The translations under genes and the position numbers were made by a program. A model generated the notes under the pieces. The model was given only the letters and a program-made list of their open reading frames with translations. It made no database searches and was not told the origin of the DNA. Below, piece by piece: positions 32,015 to 40,306 of a stretch of 64,000 nucleotides of DNA. Origin of the DNA: an uncultured Dehalococcoidia bacterium. GTDB taxonomy: Bacteria; Chloroflexota; Dehalococcoidia; SZUA-161. The DNA lies in assembly GCA_964574685.1 (NCBI GenBank), contig CAZNOI010000004.1, forward strand, positions 64,930 through 128,929, in the 5' to 3' direction. Position 1 is the stretch's first letter. Each line of letters starts with the position of its first letter.

Positions 32015-32341
32015 TCACCATGAGTGTCGGATGGCGCCGGACGGGCATACTGTCACACACGGCAATTCAACCGGACCTGTTGTAGGCTTGCAGGGCGCGC
32101 AAACGTACTTCAGGTTCTTGCTGTGCTCTTCCCTGACGGTCACCACCATGTCACCATAGTCGTCCTCTATTACTTCGAGGACGTCCTGGGGACAGGCTTC
32201 GACGCACTTGCCGCAGCCGTCGCACTTGTCACTATCAAGGATTATGTAGTAGTCGCCGGAACCGTCGGTGTAGCCGTAGTTGGCAATGTACGACAGCGAC
32301 ACCATCAGCTTTCGTACCAGCCTATAGAGCATGAGTATCAC
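32015..32341 (-). CDS. 2x[4Fe-4S]-type ferredoxin, last gene of the BCR-like operon
   Basis: CDGCGKCVEACP and CAPCKP...CVTVCP cysteine clusters. The start may be the internal Met (MVSLSY...). Confidence 0.7.
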   Translation of the reverse strand: MILMLYRLVRKLMVSLSYIANYGYTDGSGDYYIILDSDKCDGCGKCVEACPQDVLEVIEDDYGDMVVTVREEHSKNLKYVCAPCKPTTGPVELPCVTVCPSGAIRHSW

Positions 32342-32353
32342 CGCACTCTCGTT

Positions 32354-33223
32354 CTACTTCCGCGACTTCAGCAGGAGGTCCTTCGCGAAGCAGGCAGCGC
32401 CAAGGGCACCTGCAATCTGCGCATCCGGCTTCAGGGGGATGGGATCCTCTATGCCGAGCTCCTTCAAGATTCGGCTCGTCACGCCGACGTTCTTGGAGAT
32501 GCCTCCTGTGATCGTGAAGTCCTTCTCGATGCCGATTCGCTCGAGGAGACCGACGACTCTGTGAGCCATCGCCGCGCAATAAGCTGCCAGCACCATGTTC
32601 TTGGTCCATCCACTGCGGAGCAGTCCAATGGCCTCTGACTTGGCGAAGATGACGCATGTGCTGCTGACCGGAGGAGGCTCTTCGGCTACGTCGAGGGACA
32701 TCTGCCCGACGTCCACAATCGGGATCTGGAGCAGCTCAGCCATGACCTCCATGCCACGGCCCGTACCGGCTGCGCACTTGTCATTCATCAGGAACTGGGT
32801 GACCTTGCCCTTCTCATCGCAGTGGATTCCCTTGAGGTCCTGGCCGCCCATATCCAGGATGGTCCTGATCGTGGGCCCGCCCATGAAGTTGGCGCCCCGT
32901 GCATGGCACGCGATCTCAGTTATGGCCTTTTTGGCCATAGGGATGTTGACCCTGCCGTATCCCGTGCCAACGATGAACTGGAGGTTCTCCTGCTTGATCT
33001 CGGTCTCGCCAAGGGCGATATTGAGGGCATTCGAAGCGCTGTCCGGGCTGTTGGACCCGGTTCGAGTATTGGAGTAGCAGTAGAGCTCGCCGTCCGCGAG
33101 AATCACCGCCTGGGAACTCACTGACCCGACGTCTATGCCGGCGACCAGTGTATCGGCCTTGCGCCAGTCGATGTCCGGGCTCTTCCAGGCGTACTCTGTC
33201 CACCTATAGTACTCAGTCGTCAT
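32354..33223 (-). CDS. BadF/BadG/BcrA/BcrD-type ATPase (HgdC-like activase), subunit 2 (BcrD/BzdP-like)
   Basis: ASKHA ATPase fold (LVAGIDVGSVSSQ) with both cluster-bridging Cys contexts (NDKCAAGTG and STCVIFAKSE). Confidence 0.8.
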   Translation of the reverse strand: MTTEYYRWTEYAWKSPDIDWRKADTLVAGIDVGSVSSQAVILADGELYCYSNTRTGSNSPDSASNALNIALGETEIKQENLQFIVGTGYGRVNIPMAKKAITEIACHARGANFMGGPTIRTILDMGGQDLKGIHCDEKGKVTQFLMNDKCAAGTGRGMEVMAELLQIPIVDVGQMSLDVAEEPPPVSSTCVIFAKSEAIGLLRSGWTKNMVLAAYCAAMAHRVVGLLERIGIEKDFTITGGISKNVGVTSRILKELGIEDPIPLKPDAQIAGALGAACFAKDLLLKSRK

Positions 33224-33244
33224 CTTTTCTCCCTCTCTACTCGG

Positions 33245-34009
33245 TTAAGCTGCCGCAGAAAGCGCGGCGCCCAGGGCACTGACGTATTGAGCGTTCTCGG
33301 GGATCAGGACGTCCGTGCCGAGGTGTTTCTTCATCACATCGACGATTGCTGCATTGTTAGCAACCCCGCCGATGAGAGCCACGTCATTCTGTACAGAAAG
33401 CCTTCGGACCATGGAAGAGACCCTGGATGCTATCGCATCGTGCACTGCGTGTGCTATGTCCGCCTTCGCGATCCCGGAGTGTATGAGCGATACAACCTCG
33501 GATTCTGCGAAGACCGCGCAGGTCGCGTTTATGGGAGCGTCCTGGGTGGACTTCAGCGACAGGTCGATCATCTCCGGGACCTTGATCTCGAGCGCTCTCG
33601 CCATGCTCTCTACGAAGGCTCCGGAACCGGCCGCGCACTTGTCGTTCTTGGCGAAGTCCAGCACCTTGCCCTGCTCGTCGGTGCTGATCCCACGGGCTTC
33701 CTCGGCACCAATATCTATGATTGTCCTGACGGAAGGATGGAGATGGGTGATGCCTCTGGCGTCGGCCGTTACCTCGGTAACTGTCTTGTTGGCCCAGGGG
33801 AGCGATTTGCGGCCCGCGCCGGTGGCGACGATTGCCTGCACGTCCTCGCTCTTGATACCGGCCTGATTCACTGCTTCCTTGTACAGCTTGTCAGCCGTTT
33901 CAACGGGCTCGAAGCCTGTGTAACCCACGGTGCGTGCCAGCACCTTGTCACCATCGAAGATGACAACCTTGATGGAGTGTGCTCCCATGTCTACGCCGGC
34001 AGATATCAT
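33245..34009 (-). CDS. BadF/BadG/BcrA/BcrD-type ATPase (HgdC-like activase), subunit 1 (BcrA/BzdQ-like)
   Basis: ASKHA fold (MISAGVDMGAHSIK) with the NDKCAAGSG and ATCAVFAESE Cys motifs. It is a paralog of, not identical to, the adjacent ATPase. Confidence 0.8.
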   Translation of the reverse strand: MISAGVDMGAHSIKVVIFDGDKVLARTVGYTGFEPVETADKLYKEAVNQAGIKSEDVQAIVATGAGRKSLPWANKTVTEVTADARGITHLHPSVRTIIDIGAEEARGISTDEQGKVLDFAKNDKCAAGSGAFVESMARALEIKVPEMIDLSLKSTQDAPINATCAVFAESEVVSLIHSGIAKADIAHAVHDAIASRVSSMVRRLSVQNDVALIGGVANNAAIVDVMKKHLGTDVLIPENAQYVSALGAALSAAA

Positions 34010-34046
34010 TTGGATCTCACCTCAATGTATTGTTAGGGGCCTTTCC

Positions 34047-35375
34047 CTAGACCGTCTCCACGAGCTTGGTTATGCCCTGACCTTCGAGGAATGCTTCCAG
34101 TCTGTCCAGAACTCCTGTCTCGTCGATGTCGCGGCAATCCGCGAAATTGCCCTCAAACATCGCGACAGGTATGCCGTGTGCCTGCATGTCTCTCTGGAAG
34201 TCATACATGTTCGTCGTCATGGGCACACAGCCGCGATTCAGAAGGAGCAGGTAGGAATTCGCCTGCCAGTGGTTGTACATGATGATGTACTCCTTCTTCC
34301 TCGTGTCCAGGTGCGACTGGAAGGGATGCTCGTAGCGCCATCTTGCCACCGTCCGGCAAAGATCCTCTCGTGTCTTCATCTCGGGCCAGCCGGGCCTCTC
34401 CTCGGGGACAGTGGCGGGTACGACCCTGTTCTCGTCGTAGAGGAACTTGACCTCACCGGAGTTAATCAGGTACACATACGTCCCTACGAACACCACTCCG
34501 AAATTCTCCAGATAGCGGAACACCTTGAGAAAGCTCCAGGGCGGCGGAGTGAGCATGCACATCCGATAGCGTTCGGTCGATACCGCCGCTATCTGGTTGT
34601 CGATGCGATCCTTCATCTCGTCCCTGAGTGCTGTCAGGAACCTCGTGCCTATCTCTTCGTGCCTCCTCAGCATCGATATGGGCATCAAGGCGAACATGCT
34701 CTTGATATCCAGTGGGGCCGGGATCGCTCCGTTGAGCAGGCATATCTCGCCCCACAGGGCCTCGTTGCGGAAGTAGTTCCGCATGGCGTTGATCGCCTTC
34801 TCATCATCGTACGTGCGTCCCGTGACTTTCTCCATCCATTCGATGGAGTCCATGTACTGTCCCGCGATGTAGTCAATGCGATGCTCATCATCCCCGGCCT
34901 CGGCGAGCATTGACTCGTCGTCGACATAGTTCATGGGCATGCCCTGATAGTCTGACACAATCTCGTGCCACTTGGGGTGCCCTGCCGGACAATGGCGCAC
35001 GCTCCAGGCGAAATCGAATTTGGGGAAGGATCCTCCTGTGAAGTAGTACTTGTCCAGATACATGGAGCCGAGGAAGTTGCGCATGTAGCCGCACATGTCG
35101 CGCGAGTACCCCTTGGCCTCGAAAGCCTCCATGCAGGGGATCGAGAACGGCGGGTCTGCGGCCACGCTCGCTCCGTAAGGTTCGCCCGCCAGGAACACGA
35201 AATCGCCCAGACCGGCGAGCATGCCGTATGGAGTTGCAGCACAGCCGAGGATCATGAGCTTGTCCTCTTCGTGGCCGGAGACCAGCTCCTGGTATGCCTC
35301 CAGCCTCAACTCCTTGCCCCACTGCCAGCAATCCAGGGGCTTGGTCTTGTACTTGTAGATGTCGGTCGTCGTCAT
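34047..35375 (-). CDS. 2-hydroxyacyl-CoA dehydratase / benzoyl-CoA reductase family large catalytic subunit (HgdA/BcrB-like)
   Basis: 442 aa of the PF06050 HGD-D type with a conserved Cys-containing core (RDMCGYMRNFLG). Its size matches BcrB/BzdO. Confidence 0.8.
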   Translation of the reverse strand: MTTTDIYKYKTKPLDCWQWGKELRLEAYQELVSGHEEDKLMILGCAATPYGMLAGLGDFVFLAGEPYGASVAADPPFSIPCMEAFEAKGYSRDMCGYMRNFLGSMYLDKYYFTGGSFPKFDFAWSVRHCPAGHPKWHEIVSDYQGMPMNYVDDESMLAEAGDDEHRIDYIAGQYMDSIEWMEKVTGRTYDDEKAINAMRNYFRNEALWGEICLLNGAIPAPLDIKSMFALMPISMLRRHEEIGTRFLTALRDEMKDRIDNQIAAVSTERYRMCMLTPPPWSFLKVFRYLENFGVVFVGTYVYLINSGEVKFLYDENRVVPATVPEERPGWPEMKTREDLCRTVARWRYEHPFQSHLDTRKKEYIIMYNHWQANSYLLLLNRGCVPMTTNMYDFQRDMQAHGIPVAMFEGNFADCRDIDETGVLDRLEAFLEGQGITKLVETV

Positions 35376-35420
35376 TGTTGAGATGCCTCCAGATGTATAT
35401 TGGGAAGAGTCAGAATCTGC

Positions 35421-36548
35421 TTAGAGTACCTCCAGTTCGGCCATCTCGATGAAGGCCTCTATTCGTGTTCGGAACTGGCCGAAGGGAACGGTCACGTCGA
35501 ATTCAAGGACCACCGTCGGTATGTCGTTCTCCTTAAACATCTCAACGAGCTTGGGGATATCGAACTCGTGAGGATCGCACCACTTCTGCTGATAGAGGAG
35601 GACACCCTGTACGTCCCACTCCTTGGCCATGTCCAGTATCCGCTGGAACCGGGCTCCGGGAGGTCGTCCTATAGCAGGGCACGGCCACCTTGTCACGTAC
35701 CGCTCTGCGATCGCAGCGACTCGATCATCCTGCGGCACGACTTCATCCCAGAAGTACCTGCTGCCGCTGCAGTGCTCGTCGGCGACAAAGGTGCAGTTGA
35801 GCTCCTCTACCTTGCGCACAAATGAGATGTCGGTCATCTCGCTGCCTACCATCATCAGGCGTACACCGACCTCGCGGTCCAGCTTGCGAGACGGCAGCTC
35901 CCGGAGCAGGTCGTCGAGCAGTTTGTTGTGCTCGGCGACGTCCATTATCTGCCCGGCTACCACCATCTCCATCGCTTCCGCGCCGGTAATGGGGGGCTCT
36001 TCCTGCTTGCGGAACTCGTACACCTGCTTCATCAGCCGACGTCGGGTGTTGTAGAGTTCTATGGCCTTGTCCAGATCGTCGTTGGAAAGCTTCTTTCCTG
36101 TGAGCTCCTCCAGGCCAGCGATGACGTCCCTGTACTCACCTGCGAGGCACGGCTGGGCCCGCTTGCTGTCCGTGTGACCCGGCATCCATATGTACTTCAT
36201 GTATGGGAGCGGCACATAGTTGCGCCAGTTGTCGTAGGTACCCTGAATATGCATGCACGTACGACCCATCATCAGGCCGTCCAGGTAGTCATATCTGCCC
36301 TTGAGCCCCTGCGCGAGCGTGTCACGGCAGAAAGGACACACTGTGGGAAACAGGTAGCGGTCCGTCATATCCTGGACCTCGTGTGAGCCGAGCACGCGTA
36401 CCGGCAGGATGCCGAAGGCGTAGAGCAGCTCTTCGGGGACGTAGGTGCAGAGCTCGCCAATTGCCTTGCCGCCGGTGCGTTGCTTCCAATCCTTGGCGTA
36501 CTGGTGTCGGTTCGCCAACACCTCCTGAAACTTCTCGATTGCGCCCAC
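35421..36548 (-). CDS. 2-hydroxyacyl-CoA dehydratase / benzoyl-CoA reductase family small catalytic subunit (HgdB/BcrC-like), GTG start
   Basis: 375 aa with the N-terminal ...AKDWKQRTGGKAIGELCTYVPEELLYAFGILPVRVLG typical of HgdB/HadC/BcrC. It is a paralog of the 58867 gene. Confidence 0.8.
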   Translation of the reverse strand: MGAIEKFQEVLANRHQYAKDWKQRTGGKAIGELCTYVPEELLYAFGILPVRVLGSHEVQDMTDRYLFPTVCPFCRDTLAQGLKGRYDYLDGLMMGRTCMHIQGTYDNWRNYVPLPYMKYIWMPGHTDSKRAQPCLAGEYRDVIAGLEELTGKKLSNDDLDKAIELYNTRRRLMKQVYEFRKQEEPPITGAEAMEMVVAGQIMDVAEHNKLLDDLLRELPSRKLDREVGVRLMMVGSEMTDISFVRKVEELNCTFVADEHCSGSRYFWDEVVPQDDRVAAIAERYVTRWPCPAIGRPPGARFQRILDMAKEWDVQGVLLYQQKWCDPHEFDIPKLVEMFKENDIPTVVLEFDVTVPFGQFRTRIEAFIEMAELEVL

Positions 36549-36580
36549 TAGTAGTTGCTCCTCCTTTTCTTCCTTGTCAT

Positions 36581-36629
36581 GAAGAGAGGCACTGTCAAGT
36601 CCGGCACTGGTCGACTGACATGCCTCTTC
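36581..36629. promoter_or_regulatory. Operator-like nested repeats upstream of the BCR-like operon (GGCACTG x2 direct; TGTCA-N18-TGACA; imperfect outer palindrome GAAGAG(AG)GCA/TGCCTCTTC)
   Basis: Read directly from the sequence, 33-80 nt upstream of the GTG start at 36548. Confidence 0.4.
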
Positions 36630-36885
36630 CTAGGTACATTCGCAAATGAGCATCTTCGGGCGACCCAAGTCTCCGTGCCTGCGTGCAACAGGCGAACAAC
36701 TGCGGGTGACAGCTTCCTCAAATCCAGTCTAGCGATGGCAAATAGGGCTGTCAAGCGCTAGCTTCGAAAATCGTCGGTGGTGGTGCATCCGTGCACGCCG
36801 CTCGGGTACGCGTGTCGGAGCGGCTTACGACGCGGGGGAGACTGCTGCGACGATTGGCACAGCCGAGTGCCACATCTGTTCGAAG

Positions 36886-36915
36886 TTGACGCCTCGCTCA
36901 TCAGTGGCCTAAAAT
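36886..36915 (+). promoter_or_regulatory. Putative promoter TTGACG-N18-TAAAAT upstream of ribF
   Basis: Hexamers with 18-nt spacing, followed by AAGGAG at 36924-36929. Confidence 0.35.
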
Positions 36916-36950
36916 ATAGGTTCGAAGGAGTTTGGTTCATCGCAGACAAG

Positions 36951-37898
36951 GTGCAGGTAGTCGACGAGCTGGCAAGGTACACCCCGGAGCGTGAGACGGT
37001 ACTCTCCATCGGGGTATTCGATGGTGTCCACTTGGGGCACCAGCGCCTGCTGTCTCGCCTTGTAGAGCGGGCGTCAGCGGCGGGACGCCTGAGCGGAGTT
37101 GTAACCTTCAGCAACCATCCCAAGAGCGTCTTGTCTCCAGACGGCAGGCTTGGGCGCTTGACCACTCCGGGCGAGCGGTCGACGCTGCTCAGACGACTTG
37201 GCGTGGACATAGTAGTCCCACTCACGTTCCATGAGAAGCTTGCCCATCTCACTGCTCGGGAGTTCGTTGAGTTGCTGATTCGGCATCTGAAGATGAGGGG
37301 TATGGTGGTGGGGCCGGATTTCGCTCTCGGCAGGGGACGAGAGGGCCATCACGCGATGTTGAAGCTGCTCGGCGATGAGCTAGGTTTCACAGTCGAGGTA
37401 GTGGAGCCAGTCACGCAAGACGGCACAATCGTGAGCAGCACGGCGGTCAGGCGCGCTATATCGGGCGGCGAAATGGCGGCGACGTCGAGACTGCTCGGCA
37501 GGCACTTCTCGCTAACGGGAAGGGTAATAGGCGGGACGCAGCGCGGACACTGGCTCGGCTATCCGACGGCCAATCTGAGCGTCGATGAAGAGCAGGCACT
37601 CCCACGGGATGGAGTGTACGCCACGATATGCCACCTCGGCGGCCGGGCGTATCCCTCTGTGACCAATATCGGATCGAGGCCCACCTTCAGCGAAAAGGGC
37701 AGAACCATTGAGGTATTCCTGATCGGTTTCGATGAAGAGATATATGGTGAGGAAATGACGATAGAGCTGGTCGAGCGGATGAGGGGTGTGCTAAAGTTCG
37801 ACAGCCCTGATGAACTGGCCCGACAGATAGGCAAGGATGTTGAGAAGGCCGGGCCGATCCTGCAGAGCGCTCTGGCAGGTGTTACCGACAATGGATAG
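36951..37898 (+). CDS. ribF: Bifunctional riboflavin kinase / FMN adenylyltransferase
   Basis: The VLSIGVFDGVHLGHQ nucleotidyltransferase motif and the C-terminal riboflavin kinase domain (PTANL...GVY). The GTG at 36951 gives E. coli-like N-terminal spacing; the long upstream track ORF is rejected. Confidence 0.8.
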   Translation: MQVVDELARYTPERETVLSIGVFDGVHLGHQRLLSRLVERASAAGRLSGVVTFSNHPKSVLSPDGRLGRLTTPGERSTLLRRLGVDIVVPLTFHEKLAHLTAREFVELLIRHLKMRGMVVGPDFALGRGREGHHAMLKLLGDELGFTVEVVEPVTQDGTIVSSTAVRRAISGGEMAATSRLLGRHFSLTGRVIGGTQRGHWLGYPTANLSVDEEQALPRDGVYATICHLGGRAYPSVTNIGSRPTFSEKGRTIEVFLIGFDEEIYGEEMTIELVERMRGVLKFDSPDELARQIGKDVEKAGPILQSALAGVTDNG

Positions 37899-39129
37899 TC
37901 ACCTGGAATACATCTTCAGGCGTGGTGTAACGGAGATCATAGTCCAGGATGAACTCCTTCGTATGCTTGCCTCCGGGAAGAAGCTCCGGTTGAAGATGGG
38001 TTTCGACCCGAGTCGTCCGGACATCCACCTCGGGCATGTGGTGGGTATGAGGAAGCTGCGCCAGTTCCAGGAGCTGGGCCACCAGGTAGTGCTCATAGTG
38101 GGAGACTGGACCGCGCAGATTGGTGATCCGAGCGGCGCATCTCAGACCAGGCCTATGCTGACGGCGGAAGAGGTGAGGGCAAACGCCGATACCTACATGG
38201 CGCAGTTCTTCAAGGTAGTGGACAGCGAGAAGACGGAGGTAAGGTGGCAGACCGAATGGTTCCGGGATTTCAGCCTGGCTGACGTCGTCAAGCTGACCAG
38301 CAAGTTCACGGTCGCACAGCTACTCGCGCGAGAGGACTTCAGCAAGAGGTACCAGGCGGGACGGCCGATAGCGGTGACAGAACTGCTGTACCCGCTGCTG
38401 CAGGCCTATGACTCGGTGATGATCGAGTCGGACGTCGAATTCGGCGGCATCGACCAGAAGTTCAACTGCCTGATGGGGCGGGAGTTGCAGGAGATGGTGG
38501 GCCAGCCCAGACAGCAGGTGTTTCTCATGCCGCTGCTCGTTGGTACCGAGGGCCGGCAGAAGATGAGCAAGAGCCTGGACAACTACATTGCAGTCGAGGA
38601 ACCCCCGAACCACATGTATGGGAAAGTGATGTCGGTCCCAGACCATGTGATGATGGACTACTTCGAGCTGCTCACGGATGTACCTGACGAGGAGTTGTCC
38701 GAAATGGGTCGGGCGATCCAATCCGGATCGTCGAACCCCATGGAATTCAAGAAGCGCCTGGCCGTGGAGATAGTGACTCAGTTTCACTCGGGGGACGCAG
38801 CCGCTGAGGCGGAAGAATTCTTCGAGAGCACGGTTCAGAGAAAGCAGATACCGGCAGACATCCGTGAGATCCCGTGTCTTCGTGAGGGCGGCAGGCAGAC
38901 TATCGACCTGCCGGGAGTACTGTGTATGAGCGGCCTCGTCAGAAGCAAGAGCGAAGCACGTTCGCTCATGAATACCGGCGCAATTCGGCTCTGGCCCGAT
39001 GGAGACACCACCACACAACCTGTGACCGCTCCGGACCGTCTGCTCGAAGCTGAAGTTGAGCCGGGGGCAGTGGTCAACAAGGGCAAGCTCGCCTGGTTGA
39101 GGCTCGTTGAGGCTTCAAGGCAGGACTAG
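37891..39129 (+). CDS. tyrS: Tyrosine--tRNA ligase
   Basis: Class I HIGH (HLGH) and KMSKS motifs, a GDPSG region and a C-terminal S4-like domain. The ATG overlaps the ribF stop (ATGGATAG). Confidence 0.9.
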   Translation: MDSHLEYIFRRGVTEIIVQDELLRMLASGKKLRLKMGFDPSRPDIHLGHVVGMRKLRQFQELGHQVVLIVGDWTAQIGDPSGASQTRPMLTAEEVRANADTYMAQFFKVVDSEKTEVRWQTEWFRDFSLADVVKLTSKFTVAQLLAREDFSKRYQAGRPIAVTELLYPLLQAYDSVMIESDVEFGGIDQKFNCLMGRELQEMVGQPRQQVFLMPLLVGTEGRQKMSKSLDNYIAVEEPPNHMYGKVMSVPDHVMMDYFELLTDVPDEELSEMGRAIQSGSSNPMEFKKRLAVEIVTQFHSGDAAAEAEEFFESTVQRKQIPADIREIPCLREGGRQTIDLPGVLCMSGLVRSKSEARSLMNTGAIRLWPDGDTTTQPVTAPDRLLEAEVEPGAVVNKGKLAWLRLVEASRQD

Positions 39130-39147
39130 GGATTCGATGCCCTTTGC

Positions 39148-39516
39148 CTAGTTCTCCACTCTTATCTCGACCACGCTCTGACGCGCTATGCTCCGCTCGT
39201 GGTCATCCTGACGGACCGTGACGTGCATAAGCCCCAACACCTCATAGTCTCCGTTCTCGAGACCCGAGGTGTCCCAGGTGACAGGAAAGTTGTTGGCCTT
39301 GTCGTCTGACTCCCCGATCTTGATCCAGGTGTCCGCGTGCGTAGCACGGTAGTACCACGGATTCGAGATCCGGACTATCGGCCCGGACAGGCCCAGAGCG
39401 GCCAACTCCCTCTGAAGCAGTTCCTCATCAAGGTTCTCACGCAGCTTCACGATGCCAGAGTACTTGGTCAACACTTCCGAAGGTACGATGAAATGGGGGC
39501 CCCAATCGTATGACAT
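39148..39516 (-). CDS. Hypothetical protein (122 aa), first gene of the small accessory insertion
   Basis: Intact ORF preceded by a 127-bp AT-richer intergenic region. No recognisable motifs. Confidence 0.5.
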   Translation of the reverse strand: MSYDWGPHFIVPSEVLTKYSGIVKLRENLDEELLQRELAALGLSGPIVRISNPWYYRATHADTWIKIGESDDKANNFPVTWDTSGLENGDYEVLGLMHVTVRQDDHERSIARQSVVEIRVEN

Positions 39517-39643
39517 GTGCGCCTCCTTCCCCTGAGAGCTCTACCTTACATATATACGACAGGCGCATTACGCTGTCATTGCAGCATTGTTACGTTGATG
39601 TGATATCTACGCCGTGGAGGTGGGGGAATGCCGGTGGGGGATG

Positions 39644-39898
39644 TCAATGCCGGTCGTGACTCTCTCGTATGGGCATCTCAAGGACCTCTTTCACGTCGTC
39701 GGCCTTGAACCTCCGGTCAGCCCTGGGGCCGATTCTGTAGGTCTTGATCAGACCCAGGTTGCTCCAGCGCCTTAGGGTACTCACGTGCACGTTCAGCATG
39801 CGGGCGGCCTGAGTCAACGTGAGCAGAGGCGAAGCCGTTGAACTGATCAACTCTTCGAGCCGCTCCTTGTCGTAAGGTCCTTTGTGTCGCACAGTCAC
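39644..39898 (-). CDS. Excisionase/MerR-type helix-turn-helix DNA-binding protein (HTH_17-like), GTG start
   Basis: LTLTQAARMLNVHVSTLRRWSNLGLI helix-turn-helix. The GTG start overlaps the stop of the upstream zinc-ribbon gene (GTGA). Confidence 0.6.
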   Translation of the reverse strand: MTVRHKGPYDKERLEELISSTASPLLTLTQAARMLNVHVSTLRRWSNLGLIKTYRIGPRADRRFKADDVKEVLEMPIRESHDRH

Positions 39899-40170
39899 GA
39901 GTTTTCCTCTTCCGTATCCGATTCAGGTTCCGCTAGCTCTTGGATCTGTCTTCCCCTGGCATGTGAATGCCGTTGCGTCTTCGACCCTATGGCCTTGTAT
40001 TCAATGTAGTTCTTGAACTCACACGTCAGCCCGCAATGCTTACAGACCCCCATGCTGACCGGGCCGTCGGCCTTTTCGATTATCCAGTGATGCCTGCAAG
40101 GCCTCTGCCGTGGCTTGGGCCTTGTTCCGGCATGCTTCCTTGCCTCGTTACCTGCCATGTCCAGCCTCAA
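39895..40170 (-). CDS. Small zinc-ribbon protein (CxHH-N14-CxxC)
   Basis: PCRHHW...GVCKHCG cysteine/histidine pattern; translationally coupled to the HTH gene. Confidence 0.45.
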   Translation of the reverse strand: MRLDMAGNEARKHAGTRPKPRQRPCRHHWIIEKADGPVSMGVCKHCGLTCEFKNYIEYKAIGSKTQRHSHARGRQIQELAEPESDTEEENS

Positions 40171-40306
40171 CTTGATAATACCTCCCGGCTCTGTTATAGG
40201 GTGTGACTTTTGTCACTGCGGTCGCCGAAACAGAGATACCGGCAGTGGTGGTAGAGACGGACGATACGCGCCGGATCGATAGGGGATGAAGAAGCGCGGG
40301 GGCTGA

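Noticed and set aside
36777-36950. Long N-terminal extension of ribF (MVVHPCTPLGYACRSG...)
   Set aside because: The Cys/Arg-rich non-protein-like segment spans the predicted promoter. The GTG at 36951 reproduces the RibF N-terminal spacing before the GxFDGxHxGH motif.
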